Virus record (IMG/VR): IMGVR_UViG_3300021400_001580
Location: 25,281-89,280 of that record
Strand: one strand, 5' to 3'
Origin: a virus
Taxonomy: Duplodnaviria > Caudoviricetes
DNA length: 64,000 bases
Positions within the stretch are counted from its first letter, which is position 1. The number at the start of each line of letters is the position of its first letter. This document shows positions 41,058-51,744 of the stretch, piece by piece. The translations under genes were made by a program, and so were the position numbers. The notes beneath the pieces are model-generated. The model had not been told where the DNA came from and did no database searches. It saw only the letters and a list, made by a program, of their open reading frames with translations.

Positions 41058-42206
41058 TTAATTTAAAATTTTTGCTAGTGTGCAATCTGCCGGGTCAAGG
41101 TCACCCTTACGAAGTGATCGTAGAATAGGGTGGCGGATAGAAATACCTTCTCCATCAGCAGCTGCGCGCCGTTCAGATACCATCATTCCCGTAATTGTAA
41201 CAGCGGTACCGATCCAATTTTCAGGTTCATCGCGTAAAGCGGTTTTAAATTCTTCGGTAAGGCCGCTAACTTTACATAAAGGAATGAGAACATGGTCTTT
41301 ATTATAAACGCCTACTTGAATTGCAGCAGGCCAGTGATTATAATAGTTCTTTGTGACAGGTATATATGCTCCACCAAGTTGGTATTCACCAAAGTAGTCT
41401 CCGGTTACAAGCTCGCCAGAACGTTGATTTTCCCAGAGCTGCCAATGCGCGATGTCATCTCCATGGTATAATTTTTCTCCTGCGACAGAAGACATAATTA
41501 CAGCATCAATTTCTGACTCAATTTCCTGCTTTACTTTAATAGTAGTCCATGCGGAGCTGCGCTTTCCTGGCGTATAAAGGATGCCCTTTTTATAACATAC
41601 CGCGCCTTCGCCTCCGCGCGCGAAAATTTCTGCAATGTCATTAAAGAAATTTTCATCCATTTCATGAAATTCAATGCCTTTAACCAACGGGCTATTAATT
41701 CGTTTGATAACAGCCGGAATATATTTCACACGTTCTTCGATGGGCTGATCGAGAAAACTTTCTCCGTCAAGTGCTAATACATCAAAAATACGCCACTCTA
41801 CTGGCTGTTCTTTTTGCCGCGCAAGCGCCTTTGGAGGGAGGCAACGAAGAACACTGCCAACTGTCGCATCAACGCCGCCTGGAATATAACCTTCGCCAAG
41901 TAAAACTGTATCGCCGCGTGTAAATGCGCGACAAACATCGTCCCAAAATAATACTTTATCTTGGACTTCACCATAAGTCTTCGTCACGGTGCTAATGCCA
42001 CGAGTTTGTAGCACTTGATCTTCAGCAGTAATAATACCTCTTAGAAAATTACCGTCGAATTTCTCACTCCAAATATACTGGCCGCTTTCCATGGCCGCTT
42101 CTAGCTTCATACGTTTCATATCCTTCGATACTGAAGCAGTCGGAGCCCAGTATTTTTGAATACCAAGGGTTTTCCACTCATTACTTGTCATACGTTTCTC
42201 CTTCAA
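41058..42206 (-). CDS. ATP-dependent DNA ligase
   Basis: SEKFDG adenylation motif, LLGEG, RIFDVL, EGAV, KVK, C-terminal OB ...RHP. Confidence 0.9.
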   Translation of the reverse strand: MKEKRMTSNEWKTLGIQKYWAPTASVSKDMKRMKLEAAMESGQYIWSEKFDGNFLRGIITAEDQVLQTRGISTVTKTYGEVQDKVLFWDDVCRAFTRGDTVLLGEGYIPGGVDATVGSVLRCLPPKALARQKEQPVEWRIFDVLALDGESFLDQPIEERVKYIPAVIKRINSPLVKGIEFHEMDENFFNDIAEIFARGGEGAVCYKKGILYTPGKRSSAWTTIKVKQEIESEIDAVIMSSVAGEKLYHGDDIAHWQLWENQRSGELVTGDYFGEYQLGGAYIPVTKNYYNHWPAAIQVGVYNKDHVLIPLCKVSGLTEEFKTALRDEPENWIGTAVTITGMMVSERRAAADGEGISIRHPILRSLRKGDLDPADCTLAKILN

Positions 42207-42759
42207 GTAAATTTAGATCAATTAGAATTGCTTTTGCGCCATCGTTTAAATATTCTATGTCTTGATCATTATGAAGAATATAATCAAAATTATAACAATC
42301 GAGAGATGTTTCGCTAGGATGATTATGCTGCTCTGCAGTAAGTGTTGGATTTAACCACTGAGACCCATCTGCATTTGTGCGAATGATGCGTACACAAACG
42401 GGATCGGTTAGCATACTAGCCACAACTTCAATCTCATTTGGGAACCGTGCATCGGGAATTATTGCGACATCGAATTCATTGATGGGCTCAAAAGATTTTA
42501 ATAGGCCAGCTACAATTCCTGTCCAGAAATTAGGAAAAGAAGCTCGTACTACATCCGTGCCTACATATTGTAGTAGATGACGGCCATGATCATCTTTCAT
42601 TCCATCCCAATGAAAAAAATCACGTAGTACCCATTTAAGTGCATCGGCATAATGAATAACAATTACGCGTTTTCCGGCTTTTTCAAGAGCTTCACGCATC
42701 AATTGTGCGGTAGCATCTTTCCCCGAACCGGATTTACCGCTCAGAATCAGTGTTTTCAC
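42181..42759 (-). CDS. dNMP-kinase-like P-loop kinase
   Basis: LSGKSGSGKD, YADALK, RHLLQYVGTD, PDARFPNE, HPSETSLD. Confidence 0.85.
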   Translation of the reverse strand: MKTLILSGKSGSGKDATAQLMREALEKAGKRVIVIHYADALKWVLRDFFHWDGMKDDHGRHLLQYVGTDVVRASFPNFWTGIVAGLLKSFEPINEFDVAIIPDARFPNEIEVVASMLTDPVCVRIIRTNADGSQWLNPTLTAEQHNHPSETSLDCYNFDYILHNDQDIEYLNDGAKAILIDLNLLEGETYDK

Positions 42760-42961
42760 GTTTAAGTTCCTCCATTTTCATATTAAAATAAAATTGAAGA
42801 AAATTAATTTCATCTTCTGTATTAAAATTCTTTAAATAATTTACTGTATCATTAAGAAAATTCGCGGCTTTAACCGCATTTGTCTGTAAAGAAGCAATTG
42901 TCCAAATATTATTCGCTAGTTCCTTAGTCTGATCAGAAATATTAGTAAAAATCTCAGTCAT
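42734..42961 (-). CDS. Hypothetical protein
   Basis: Track ORF in operon. Confidence 0.6.
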   Translation of the reverse strand: MTEIFTNISDQTKELANNIWTIASLQTNAVKAANFLNDTVNYLKNFNTEDEINFLQFYFNMKMEELKRENTDSER

Positions 42962-43274
42962 TTTGCTTCTCCTTTTGAATTTTATTTAGCGCGTCAAAGA
43001 AACTTTGGACTTCTTCCTGCGTTTTTAATTCAATTTTACGAATACGCTTAGGCGGCAAGCAATCTTCATTACGTGGGAGATTAAATACATAATACTCCTC
43101 TTCTCCATCATTGGAAATAAGACGTGTAGTAAAATGTAATCCTTGCTTATTTTTAACTTTAATACTTGTACCCCAATCTTCATGATATGTTTCAACATCA
43201 GAAGTTTGGGGATTAATTTGCGCGATTACGCCGGCGTATTCATCTCTACTAACCTTATATACTTCATTATTCAT
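42954..43274 (-). CDS. Hypothetical protein
   Basis: Track ORF in operon. Confidence 0.65.
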   Translation of the reverse strand: MNNEVYKVSRDEYAGVIAQINPQTSDVETYHEDWGTSIKVKNKQGLHFTTRLISNDGEEEYYVFNLPRNEDCLPPKRIRKIELKTQEEVQSFFDALNKIQKEKQND

Positions 43275-43788
43275 ATGCCTGTTCTCCTTGAAAATTGTCT
43301 TTTAGTCGCTGTGCTTCTAATTGCGCTAATCGGTCACATTCATTATTCCATGCATTAGATGAATGTCCTTTAACTTTCATAAATGTATACCAAAAGTCAT
43401 CAAAGTATGGAATAATAAGTTGCCATAAATCAATATTGGCAACTGGTTCCCCTTTTACATTGGTCCAACCGCGTCGATACCATCCTAAATACCATTCCTG
43501 TACATAACAGTTAATGATATAGGCGGAATCGCTATATATAACCACGCTTTCATTCGGCCGCCGGTTTTTACTAGCAAATTCTAACGCATTACAAACTGCC
43601 TGCAATTCCATACGTTGATTTGTTACTCCGTATTTTCCTCCGGCGGCCTCATGAATGCGCTCGCCACCACGAAGGGCAATGAAGCTCCAACCGCCAAACG
43701 TTGTATTGGCACCTATTTTTTTACATGAACCATCAGTATAGATTTCTAGTTGCGCCATTTGCATGTGACTACGTTTTTCTTGTATCAC
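43267..43788 (-). CDS. rnhA: Ribonuclease HI
   Basis: IYTDGSC, TNQRMEL, YSDSAY, KVKGH, NNECDRLA; promoter at 43816-43844. Confidence 0.95.
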   Translation of the reverse strand: MIQEKRSHMQMAQLEIYTDGSCKKIGANTTFGGWSFIALRGGERIHEAAGGKYGVTNQRMELQAVCNALEFASKNRRPNESVVIYSDSAYIINCYVQEWYLGWYRRGWTNVKGEPVANIDLWQLIIPYFDDFWYTFMKVKGHSSNAWNNECDRLAQLEAQRLKDNFQGEQAYE

Positions 43789-43847
43789 TTAATTGCCCTC
43801 CTTTTTCTTAATATTATTATACTATAAAATTAAGAATAAGTCAATAA

Positions 43848-44279
43848 TTAGGCGATTTCTCTTTCAGGTAATGCTTCAATTTCATGGTAATAGGCCGTGC
43901 CCTAACCATTACCTTCTAATTTTTTATTGTAGAGTTCGTAGATTTCCTTTACTTCGCGCATCTCCTCTTTAGTTTTCCATCCACGCTCTACAAGTAGTTT
44001 CCTCCAGCGATATAATGTCTCTAGAAGTTCAATTTTAGTGCCTCGTCCTATGGCTTCTAAACGGTCTCCCATATCCGTCATTGAGCCTTGTAAGTTGTCT
44101 ACTTTTGTTTCCAGGGTGGAGACTTTAGTGCTAAGATTTGATACAGCGGTGGTCATTTGACTAATAGTGTTAAAATTTACTTCTGCTGTAGAAAGAAATT
44201 TATCCATTTTTTCATTACGTATCACTTGTGCATCATATCTGCGCTTAAAGCCTAGAAAGAAGTCACTTAACTTCGACAT
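43848..44279 (-). CDS. Coiled-coil phage protein with C-terminal Y..L.GNG...LP motif, typically lysis-module associated (143 aa, 1 TAG read through)
   Basis: Read-through of TAG 43902 completes IYELYNKKLEGNG[Q]GTAYYHEIEALPE; family assignment from recall, not searched. Confidence 0.6.
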
Positions 44280-44335
44280 TGGAATCACCTCCTTGGGAAG
44301 AAATTTTATATATAAACTCTATTTTAGGATAGAGA

Positions 44336-46771
44336 TTATAAATTTGCGTTTAATATTTTAATAATGTCCAGCATGCCAGCGAGAAAAGTAATGTTTACAC
44401 TTACCGACTTTTTATTATAGTTAAATGTCTGACTCCATTGCTCTTGGGCAGTAACTATCTTTTCTTTTTTGCCTTGCTTATAATGCTCGCCTACCTATAA
44501 TGCTCTATTAACTGGATTAACAATTTCTGCATGTGAACCATTACTGATTTTATCAAAAGCGCTTGTACCAGATAATTTGTCTAATTGTAATATAGAAAAT
44601 ATTTCAGTTAATTTATTATAAGTTAACTATAATATGAATGATGAAGGATAATAAGTACCATTTAGATAATATAAATGTAAAAATTTACTACTATTGTTCG
44701 CGTCTAAATGATATTTTTCTCTTATCTATTGATTTAAATATACAGCTTGCTATCCAACATCATCAAACATGAGCATAACAGCAGCAGTCGTTAAGAAATG
44801 TTCAATTGGCTCTTTGTATTGTGATCCCATAAGTGCTGTACCAGAATTATATATAGTAAAAATAAGCCATTCTTTGTCAGGTAAATCTCCGCTGTTTAAT
44901 CCTCCATATTCAAATAATTTATATATATTATTTATCTAATTTTCTACTGTACCACCCAGTGAGCCACCGTGAAAGCCCTTACTACTATCATACTTATTGT
45001 AGCTTTTAACAGTGGAACCAATTTGGACATTATTCTTTAAAGCACTTAAAATCTATTCAATCTCTGTAGTTTTTATCTTGGCTTTTTCTAATATTTTTCT
45101 TACATTGATTAGTTCCTATTCTTTAATTGCGAGACGGCGCATAGTTTCAGCCTCAATAGAAAATTCTTTAGCACTAAAATGATTTGTTTTTCTAAATGCA
45201 GTTTCATCGAATGATAAATTAGAGGTATCAATATTAGAATCCTGTATGTTTAAAGTATTAATAAAACTTTGAGTGATTGTATTAGCAATTTTTTTCCATG
45301 GTATATTACCTTGATTAATCTTAACTTGTGCTATTTCAATACCGCTTACATCAGCTTTTTGTGTTCCAAAGGTTAAAATAGTTTCACCAATACGACCATC
45401 CTATAAAATTGCTTGAGAAATACCTATACGGTTAATAGATTCTGAAACGATGTTATCTTTTGCTGCAATATTGACTGTTATTAAAGGCTGATTTTCTAAT
45501 TGCTAATTAATAATATTAGCCATTTTATTCCAATCATATTTTCCTTTTACTTTTAAACCTTCTTTTGGAAAAGACTCTAATAAGGCTTTATATACCTCTT
45601 CTCTACCCCAGGCTATAGTATTAGAAACTGAAGTCTTTTGACGGTTATTTAATACAGTCTATAGCAAATCTATTATTTCTGGACCTAAATTATCTAATCC
45701 ACCATTATTATTAGCACTTACTTGTGTTTTTTCATCATAGGCTCGAATAATTCTATCATTACCATATTTTAATCGTTCACTTTGCGACATTAATTCTGAA
45801 TAACCTTTCATTAAATCATATATTTCAGAACTTTCAATTTTTTCTTTGGCAGATTTTCCTGGCATTGATTCAATTTTAGCTATAAATTGTTTAACTAAAG
45901 CCTGTTTATTTTCGCCACTTAATTTATAATATAAATTAGTATTCTAATTATTTAACATATCAATTATAACTGGAGTAGCCATTTTAGTAAAATTTAAAAT
46001 AAGTTCGGAGGTAAATTCTTTTTGGAAATTAGCCAGGCCATTATTCATCACGTAAGGTAAAATTTTTTCTCTAAAATCAATTGACTTCCATAATTGATTA
46101 AAAAGAGATTTAAATTCTGCCTATATTGTATTTGCAAGCGTTTTTGTATTAAAACCAAAATCTTGTTCTTCTTTAGTTAGCCAACCTTTTTTCAATCCGA
46201 CTTGTAAAAAATTACTAAAAGCAGCGTAGTAGTTTACATCTTTTTGTTCCATTCGTTGATTCTTCTTATCAAAAGTATTAATAGTATAAGTACCATCTTC
46301 ATTAGCATTATAATGTTTTTCAAATTTACGATATAATTTTTCTAGTTCCGACAAGCGATGAATTTCAAAATTTAAACTTTTTTTATATGCAAGCGCTCCA
46401 TCATAATATTCATTAATTAAATTAATGAAATCCTTATAATTTATAGTTGTGCCACCAATAGCTTTTTTACAATCATCACGTAATTGCTATGGCAATTTAC
46501 TATTATTTAAAATATTAATAGTAAAATATTCTCTTTCACTGCCTTGTTCAGCTTCAATCATTCGTTTTAAAAAATCCATCGCATTTTGAATTATGCGAAA
46601 TCCTTCACTATCTTTCTCTTTAAAATTTATCTAGGCAGCATGACTACCTAAAACACTTTCAACGGCACTCCCCAACTCGGTTTCTTTTAATGAATTAAAA
46701 AAGAAAAAACGATCAGAAGAAGATACATCAGATTTAGGAAAATACATATCAAAGTAATCTCCGTTAGCCAT
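44336..46771 (-). CDS. Large orphan protein (811 aa, ~14 TAG read through; only fragments in track)
   Basis: RBS GGAGGT + ATG 46771; open to TAA 44336 except for TAGs; track ORFs 46121..46354 and 45659..45865 are in this frame; very AT-rich. Confidence 0.8.
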
Positions 46772-46796
46772 ATATATACCTCCTAAAATAAAAATA

Positions 46797-46820
46797 AGCT
46801 ATCCTTTTATGAGGATAGCT
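46797..46820 (-). terminator. Intrinsic terminator directly upstream of the 811-aa gene
   Basis: Stem AGCTATCCT/AGGATAGCT followed by T-rich run on minus strand. Confidence 0.7.
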
Positions 46821-46845
46821 TTCTCTCCAATAAAAAGTATTTTTC

Positions 46846-47643
46846 TTAAAACTGAATCACTTCAATTTTTTCGATTTGATTATCTTTATATTTAAATCCC
46901 TGCGCTCGCATTCCTTCCACATCTAATACATACGCAATTTTAGTAAACGCTGCGCCAGTATCCATGTCTATCTTCCAGCCGCCACGCTTTTGCTTACCGC
47001 CCATCTTGTCTTGCCAAGCGCACGGATGTGCGCGAGAACTACTTTTATCATGCCCATATATTCCACTAGGTAAATATGGAGTTGGAGTATGTCCATGAAT
47101 ACATATCCGTCCTGTTTCCCAACCAAGCGCAATCCAATCGCGGTCCCAAATACATTTTTCAGCGGCGTAGGCACGTGGCATAGTGCCAGCGCATTCGGCA
47201 TCATTTACCTCTTTAAAAATTTTCCAAAGGCCGCCAGCATGACAAAAATCAATGTTTTTATATGTAGCTGTAAGCGGTAATGCCGCAATTCTATTAACAA
47301 ATTCAATATTAGCGCCGTCAAGAATCCAGTTATGTAGCGTGTCATAACCACCATTGTCCAATGCAAGCCCTATTGCGGTTGTATTATCTTTATCAAGTAC
47401 GAACTTATTTTTATTAATAAGTTCACGTGCGGCATTTACAAATAGATCTTCATGGTTGCCTTTTAAGTATACAACATGCGAATTTTGAAGAAGCTCTTTC
47501 ATAATTTTATATCCATCGGGGCCCCGGTCACATGCATCGCCGCAATAAATAATAGTTGCATCTGGATCCTGTTGATAACAATAATCCATGATTGCTTGAT
47601 AAAGTTCATACATACCGTGTATATCGGTAAAACTAAATAACAT
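46846..47643 (-). CDS. Calcineurin-like metallophosphoesterase (lambda protein phosphatase-like)
   Basis: TDIHG, GDACDRG, LKGNHE, CHAG, HGHTP, DTGA. Confidence 0.92.
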   Translation of the reverse strand: MLFSFTDIHGMYELYQAIMDYCYQQDPDATIIYCGDACDRGPDGYKIMKELLQNSHVVYLKGNHEDLFVNAARELINKNKFVLDKDNTTAIGLALDNGGYDTLHNWILDGANIEFVNRIAALPLTATYKNIDFCHAGGLWKIFKEVNDAECAGTMPRAYAAEKCIWDRDWIALGWETGRICIHGHTPTPYLPSGIYGHDKSSSRAHPCAWQDKMGGKQKRGGWKIDMDTGAAFTKIAYVLDVEGMRAQGFKYKDNQIEKIEVIQF

Positions 47644-47839
47644 TTTTAAATCCTTTCTATATAAAAATAGCCGATTTATTCGGCTACTTGTAGTTTTCTC
47701 AGTTTTCGGCGCAGTTTCTGAATAATTCCATGATTCATTTCTTCACCACGCGCAATTAGTAGGTTAATGCGATATAGGCACTTCAGGCGCATAATCTCTT
47801 CATTCATGATAAATAATCCTCCGATAAATTGTTTTAATT

Positions 47840-49069
47840 TCATCCATGATACTTTAGCAGAAAGCTGTTACTTACCGCCTTAAAGGACTTAGTGCCATCA
47901 GTAGAACGGAATACAATCCCTTCACGCGGCTTATCATCTTTTATAGAATCACCGTCTGCATATGCAAGAATAGCATCAACATTTTCAAACTGATTTATTT
48001 TCATACGAGGTTCAAGCACAGGTACACAAGGCACATCATATTCTGAAAGAATCTTTAGCATTTCCAGAGTGCCAACGCGACCTTTAGAAGAAAAAATCAA
48101 GTTAAAGGCAGCAAAATCACGTCCAGTCAGAGAATAATCGCGCTTCTGCACCCCTTCGCCATAAGTTTCGCCCTGGATAGTGATCCAATCTTCTTGCGGA
48201 TACTTTTCTAGCATCTTGGAAAGTACTTCAAAGATATTATACTTCTTTGCCATTTCCCAATATACATTGGTGTCATAATAGCAAGGCTTATTTTCTTCAC
48301 CAAAGCAAACATTACGAGAACATACGTAAAAGTTCTTTTTGCCAAACTTCCCGCGCTTCATAGTAAAGGTAGTGCTAGTACCATCGAGCTTCTCAGTGGC
48401 CACCCAGTCACCGGAGTCTTCCAATATCCACGGCATGTTCTGCACACGTTCTTCGTCAGTCTTAGATACCCAAGACGGCCATCCATTCTTCTGATCCTTT
48501 TTCTTACCAAAGAAGAAAAACATAACTTTACGGCCCCATTCATGACGCATCATCCAACGCGCCCAAGGCTTTTTAAAGATGTCGGGATGCCGCTGAGCCA
48601 TTTTCTTATACTTATCTACTGGGGCAGCCTTACGCTGATTATCTTCATCATCGGCATAAGTTACGTCAAGTTTCTTGGTCAGGAAACGAGATTCATTATC
48701 AGGATAATAACGTTCTTCGGTTTGATTGTTATAAATATACGGAATATTTTTTCCTTCGTCTATATACCAGTCCCAACCAAAATCAGACGGATGCATAAGC
48801 AAACCCTGAGAAATGGTTTTGCACATCTTCAAAGTCTTAACTTTGTAATTGCGCTTCTCAAGGAAAGCAAAACATTCCTTATCGGAAGGAACGCGAGAGT
48901 CAATCTCGAAATAAATAGCGGGATCGCCTACTTTAAATTGGCCCTTCTGCACAATTACACGCCAACCGCCGACAATCGCATGCTCTACACGGTCATAGCC
49001 AGGAATCGGTTCAATGCCGTCAATTAGAACTACGTATGCGAGTTCACGTTCTTGATCCTTATTCAGCAT
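47840..49069 (-). CDS. ATP-dependent RNA ligase (Rnl2/DRB0094-like)
   Basis: N-terminal IEPIPGYDRVE...YFEIDS; KTDEERVQN, ATEKLDGTS, QGETYG, FAAFNL, REGIVFR, FKAVS..FLL. Confidence 0.9.
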   Translation of the reverse strand: MLNKDQERELAYVVLIDGIEPIPGYDRVEHAIVGGWRVIVQKGQFKVGDPAIYFEIDSRVPSDKECFAFLEKRNYKVKTLKMCKTISQGLLMHPSDFGWDWYIDEGKNIPYIYNNQTEERYYPDNESRFLTKKLDVTYADDEDNQRKAAPVDKYKKMAQRHPDIFKKPWARWMMRHEWGRKVMFFFFGKKKDQKNGWPSWVSKTDEERVQNMPWILEDSGDWVATEKLDGTSTTFTMKRGKFGKKNFYVCSRNVCFGEENKPCYYDTNVYWEMAKKYNIFEVLSKMLEKYPQEDWITIQGETYGEGVQKRDYSLTGRDFAAFNLIFSSKGRVGTLEMLKILSEYDVPCVPVLEPRMKINQFENVDAILAYADGDSIKDDKPREGIVFRSTDGTKSFKAVSNSFLLKYHG

Positions 49070-49168
49070 TTAAATCATCCTTTCTCTCTTTCTTACGGAA
49101 TAATTATATCATAAATTTAGAAAATGTCAATTACTTTTTCTATGTTTAATCTGCCACTAGCCTAAAAT

Positions 49169-49387
49169 TCACTGCTCATACTCTGTCTTCTTATATAGCC
49201 ATTCTCCATTGCTTGTACGCCATACTCGATAAACTTTAATTTCATGGCCTAGACGCCCTCTTACAAATTTATCTGTAGAATCTGTTGTATGGTAAATATT
49301 ATAGATTTCATCCATTAAATGATGCTCATAAATAACGTTTACAACTTTTGAATGAAGCCATTCGTTATAATTATAAAAATTTGCCAT
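49169..49387 (-). CDS. Hypothetical protein
   Basis: Track ORF with RBS. Confidence 0.6.
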   Translation of the reverse strand: MANFYNYNEWLHSKVVNVIYEHHLMDEIYNIYHTTDSTDKFVRGRLGHEIKVYRVWRTSNGEWLYKKTEYEQ

Positions 49388-49473
49388 TTCTTACCTCACC
49401 ACAAATCATCACATACGGTAGGATTTTTCTTTATTTTCGCGCGAATCTAGAATCTTTATTGCGGCGCTAGTAA

Positions 49474-49746
49474 TCATTCTACATAAAAAAATTCGGTCCA
49501 ACTTCCCACGTCAATTTTTATCATTCCAGTCTCTTCATCTTCCCATTGCCGCCGATAATAACTCTTAAAGGGTATAACTTTCTTCGGATCATAATTTTCG
49601 CCATATTTTTTCTTGGCAATATTATGTTTATTTTTATTACACTGAATAATAAATTGGTCAATCGCTTCTTCCACTTCATCCCAATTATTACAGTGGTCTT
49701 TAATTATCCTACGAACACCATCGGCATTCTCAAACCACAGTTTCAT
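49474..49746 (-). CDS. Hypothetical protein
   Basis: Ends IDVGSWTEFF, recurrent small phage family. Confidence 0.65.
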   Translation of the reverse strand: MKLWFENADGVRRIIKDHCNNWDEVEEAIDQFIIQCNKNKHNIAKKKYGENYDPKKVIPFKSYYRRQWEDEETGMIKIDVGSWTEFFYVE

Positions 49747-49933
49747 TAGTTGATTTCTCCTCTCGTATTAAACCATCATACGACAAGTCTAAGGGGACAC
49801 TAATTTTATTATGACACTAAATACAATAAATATAGTGATGTTCATATATATCAGCGGGTGTATATCCAAGTAAAGCCCCGCACTCATCACAATGTGTTAA
49901 TAATCCATTGTAATACTTACTAAGTAAAATCAT
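49730..49933 (-). CDS. Zn-ribbon protein (67 aa, 1 TAG read through; absent from track)
   Basis: CDECG...YC-I-[TAG 49817]-C: the TAG lies inside the second CxxC. Confidence 0.65.
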
Positions 49934-50659
49934 TTAAACTTCCTTGCAATACCACACTACAGTCGCTTTATGATTTTCGTAGGGTGTATGCGCCTTAACT
50001 TTCATTTTTAAATTAATTTGCGATTTGACTGAAAAATTTTTTGCTCCAGTCTCCCACATATATATGTTGTTTTCATTATCCTTCATTACATATAAATGCT
50101 TTTCTCCATAATAAGAGTTTTTTGATGTTTTTTTAATTATAAATAAATTTTTTGTAAGCCATTCGCCAACGTTTCCCTGATATTCACCCATCGCGGCGGC
50201 ATCGATGATTAAAGACCGAACCATGCTTTCAACTACATCATGCGGCCGCATATACACGTCATGATTACAAACCTGCGACCAATCTAAACGAATAGGGATG
50301 ATATCGGCGGGAATGTTTTCAGGCAATTCAAAGCGCGAGGGTACATAATTTAAGAAAGTCAAATTATAACGTACCACATCTCGATGTTCGTCTGCCCACT
50401 CTTTAATATAATCCTGATCACCCTTAAAAATAGTAATATATCCATGTGTATCGAACCCAAATGCATGACAGGCATCAAAGTCCATAATATCTTTTATTGG
50501 GGCGTTCTCATTATGATACATACGAGCGTATTCCTGTTCAGTATACCAACGCACCTTTTTCGCGCCCGTTTTACTGAGCACATATACATACATACGCTTG
50601 TTTTCCATAAAAGGCTCGCCCTGCTGGGGCATTTTAGCATAAGTTTTTGCAACTGGCAT
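49934..50659 (-). CDS. Hypothetical protein with C-terminal OB-fold-like domain
   Basis: GNVGEWL...SYYG...KDNENNIYMW...VKAH pattern; promoter at 50686-50713. Confidence 0.65.
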   Translation of the reverse strand: MPVAKTYAKMPQQGEPFMENKRMYVYVLSKTGAKKVRWYTEQEYARMYHNENAPIKDIMDFDACHAFGFDTHGYITIFKGDQDYIKEWADEHRDVVRYNLTFLNYVPSRFELPENIPADIIPIRLDWSQVCNHDVYMRPHDVVESMVRSLIIDAAAMGEYQGNVGEWLTKNLFIIKKTSKNSYYGEKHLYVMKDNENNIYMWETGAKNFSVKSQINLKMKVKAHTPYENHKATVVWYCKEV

Positions 50660-50727
50660 CTATTTCTCTCCCCTTTCTATAAAAAATTATAGCATAATTT
50701 TTAAAAAAGTCAAATAGCAGAATGGAA

Positions 50728-51375
50728 TCATTCTGCTACATAATCTTTATATTTATACCAAATTTCTTGTAAATATCCAGATTTGATAAGGGATTCTGGG
50801 GTAGAGGTAATAAGTGCCGTTGGGCAGCCAGACAGTATGTGATTATCAGCATATTCTAGATCTAGAAAAATCGTGTCCAGCATCAATTTATTCGCCGGGT
50901 GCATAGCGCAATGATCACGTTTACCTATCCACCAATCGTTTTCACTGCTAAAACTAAAATGTTCCCGATCGCCGCCTTGATAGGTAATTCCTGCAGCAAT
51001 ATAATCGCATACCAATTCTACAAAATCGTCTCGCGGCATTAGTAATGGAATACCGCCGCTATCAAAGTTATCCATGTAATATTCATAATGATGAGGATTG
51101 CGACCGCGATGATGTAACCACGCGCGCGAATACCCCTGCTCTTGTTTTGCCCGATTAATTGGAGAAGAAGTGCCGGTATAGTATCGCGCAGACTCTAAAA
51201 ATTCTATTGGGCTGTACTTAGATAAATCATGTTTAATACCACGCCAAGTTAGGCCAGCTAAGCGACAATAATGTCTAACTAATTTTCGATGTTGCCGCAC
51301 AGTTCGCCAATGTCCATAGCATTTACGAATTGTCAATCTCGGCTTCATTTTATACACTCCTAATAATATATTCAA
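50728..51375 (-). CDS. DUF5662/HD-like protein
   Basis: HRKLV, HDLSKYSPIEF, AWLHHRGRNPHHYEY, MP...VCDYIAA. Confidence 0.8.
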   Translation of the reverse strand: MNILLGVYKMKPRLTIRKCYGHWRTVRQHRKLVRHYCRLAGLTWRGIKHDLSKYSPIEFLESARYYTGTSSPINRAKQEQGYSRAWLHHRGRNPHHYEYYMDNFDSGGIPLLMPRDDFVELVCDYIAAGITYQGGDREHFSFSSENDWWIGKRDHCAMHPANKLMLDTIFLDLEYADNHILSGCPTALITSTPESLIKSGYLQEIWYKYKDYVAE

Positions 51376-51733
51376 AGGGTTGCTTTTCGATCCAGTTTTT
51401 ATTGTACTTCGCTACCGGATAATATCCGTATTCATTATCTGCGACAAAAGCATTCTCTTGATGATAATCAAAATCTTCGTCGCGCATAAATTCAATATAT
51501 TGTTCTTTAGTCATGTAATATTCTGGATATTCATGCACCCATGACTCCAACTTAAAACTATTTAAAAACATATCATTAATTTCGCTTGTAATAAGCTCGC
51601 CATCCATAGTAATAATTGGAATGTATAGGCCATGTTCGTTAATAGTTGCGGCGCCCGTAGCAATTTCGCCTGCGTGCCACTGTCCATTTTCCTTATAAAG
51701 TACCCGCTTACCCGCTTTAATGTCTAGTTCCAT
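51350..51733 (-). CDS. Hypothetical protein
   Basis: Track ORF with RBS. Confidence 0.65.
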   Translation of the reverse strand: MELDIKAGKRVLYKENGQWHAGEIATGAATINEHGLYIPIITMDGELITSEINDMFLNSFKLESWVHEYPEYYMTKEQYIEFMRDEDFDYHQENAFVADNEYGYYPVAKYNKNWIEKQPFEYIIRSV

Positions 51734-51744
51734 TTTATCTCCTC

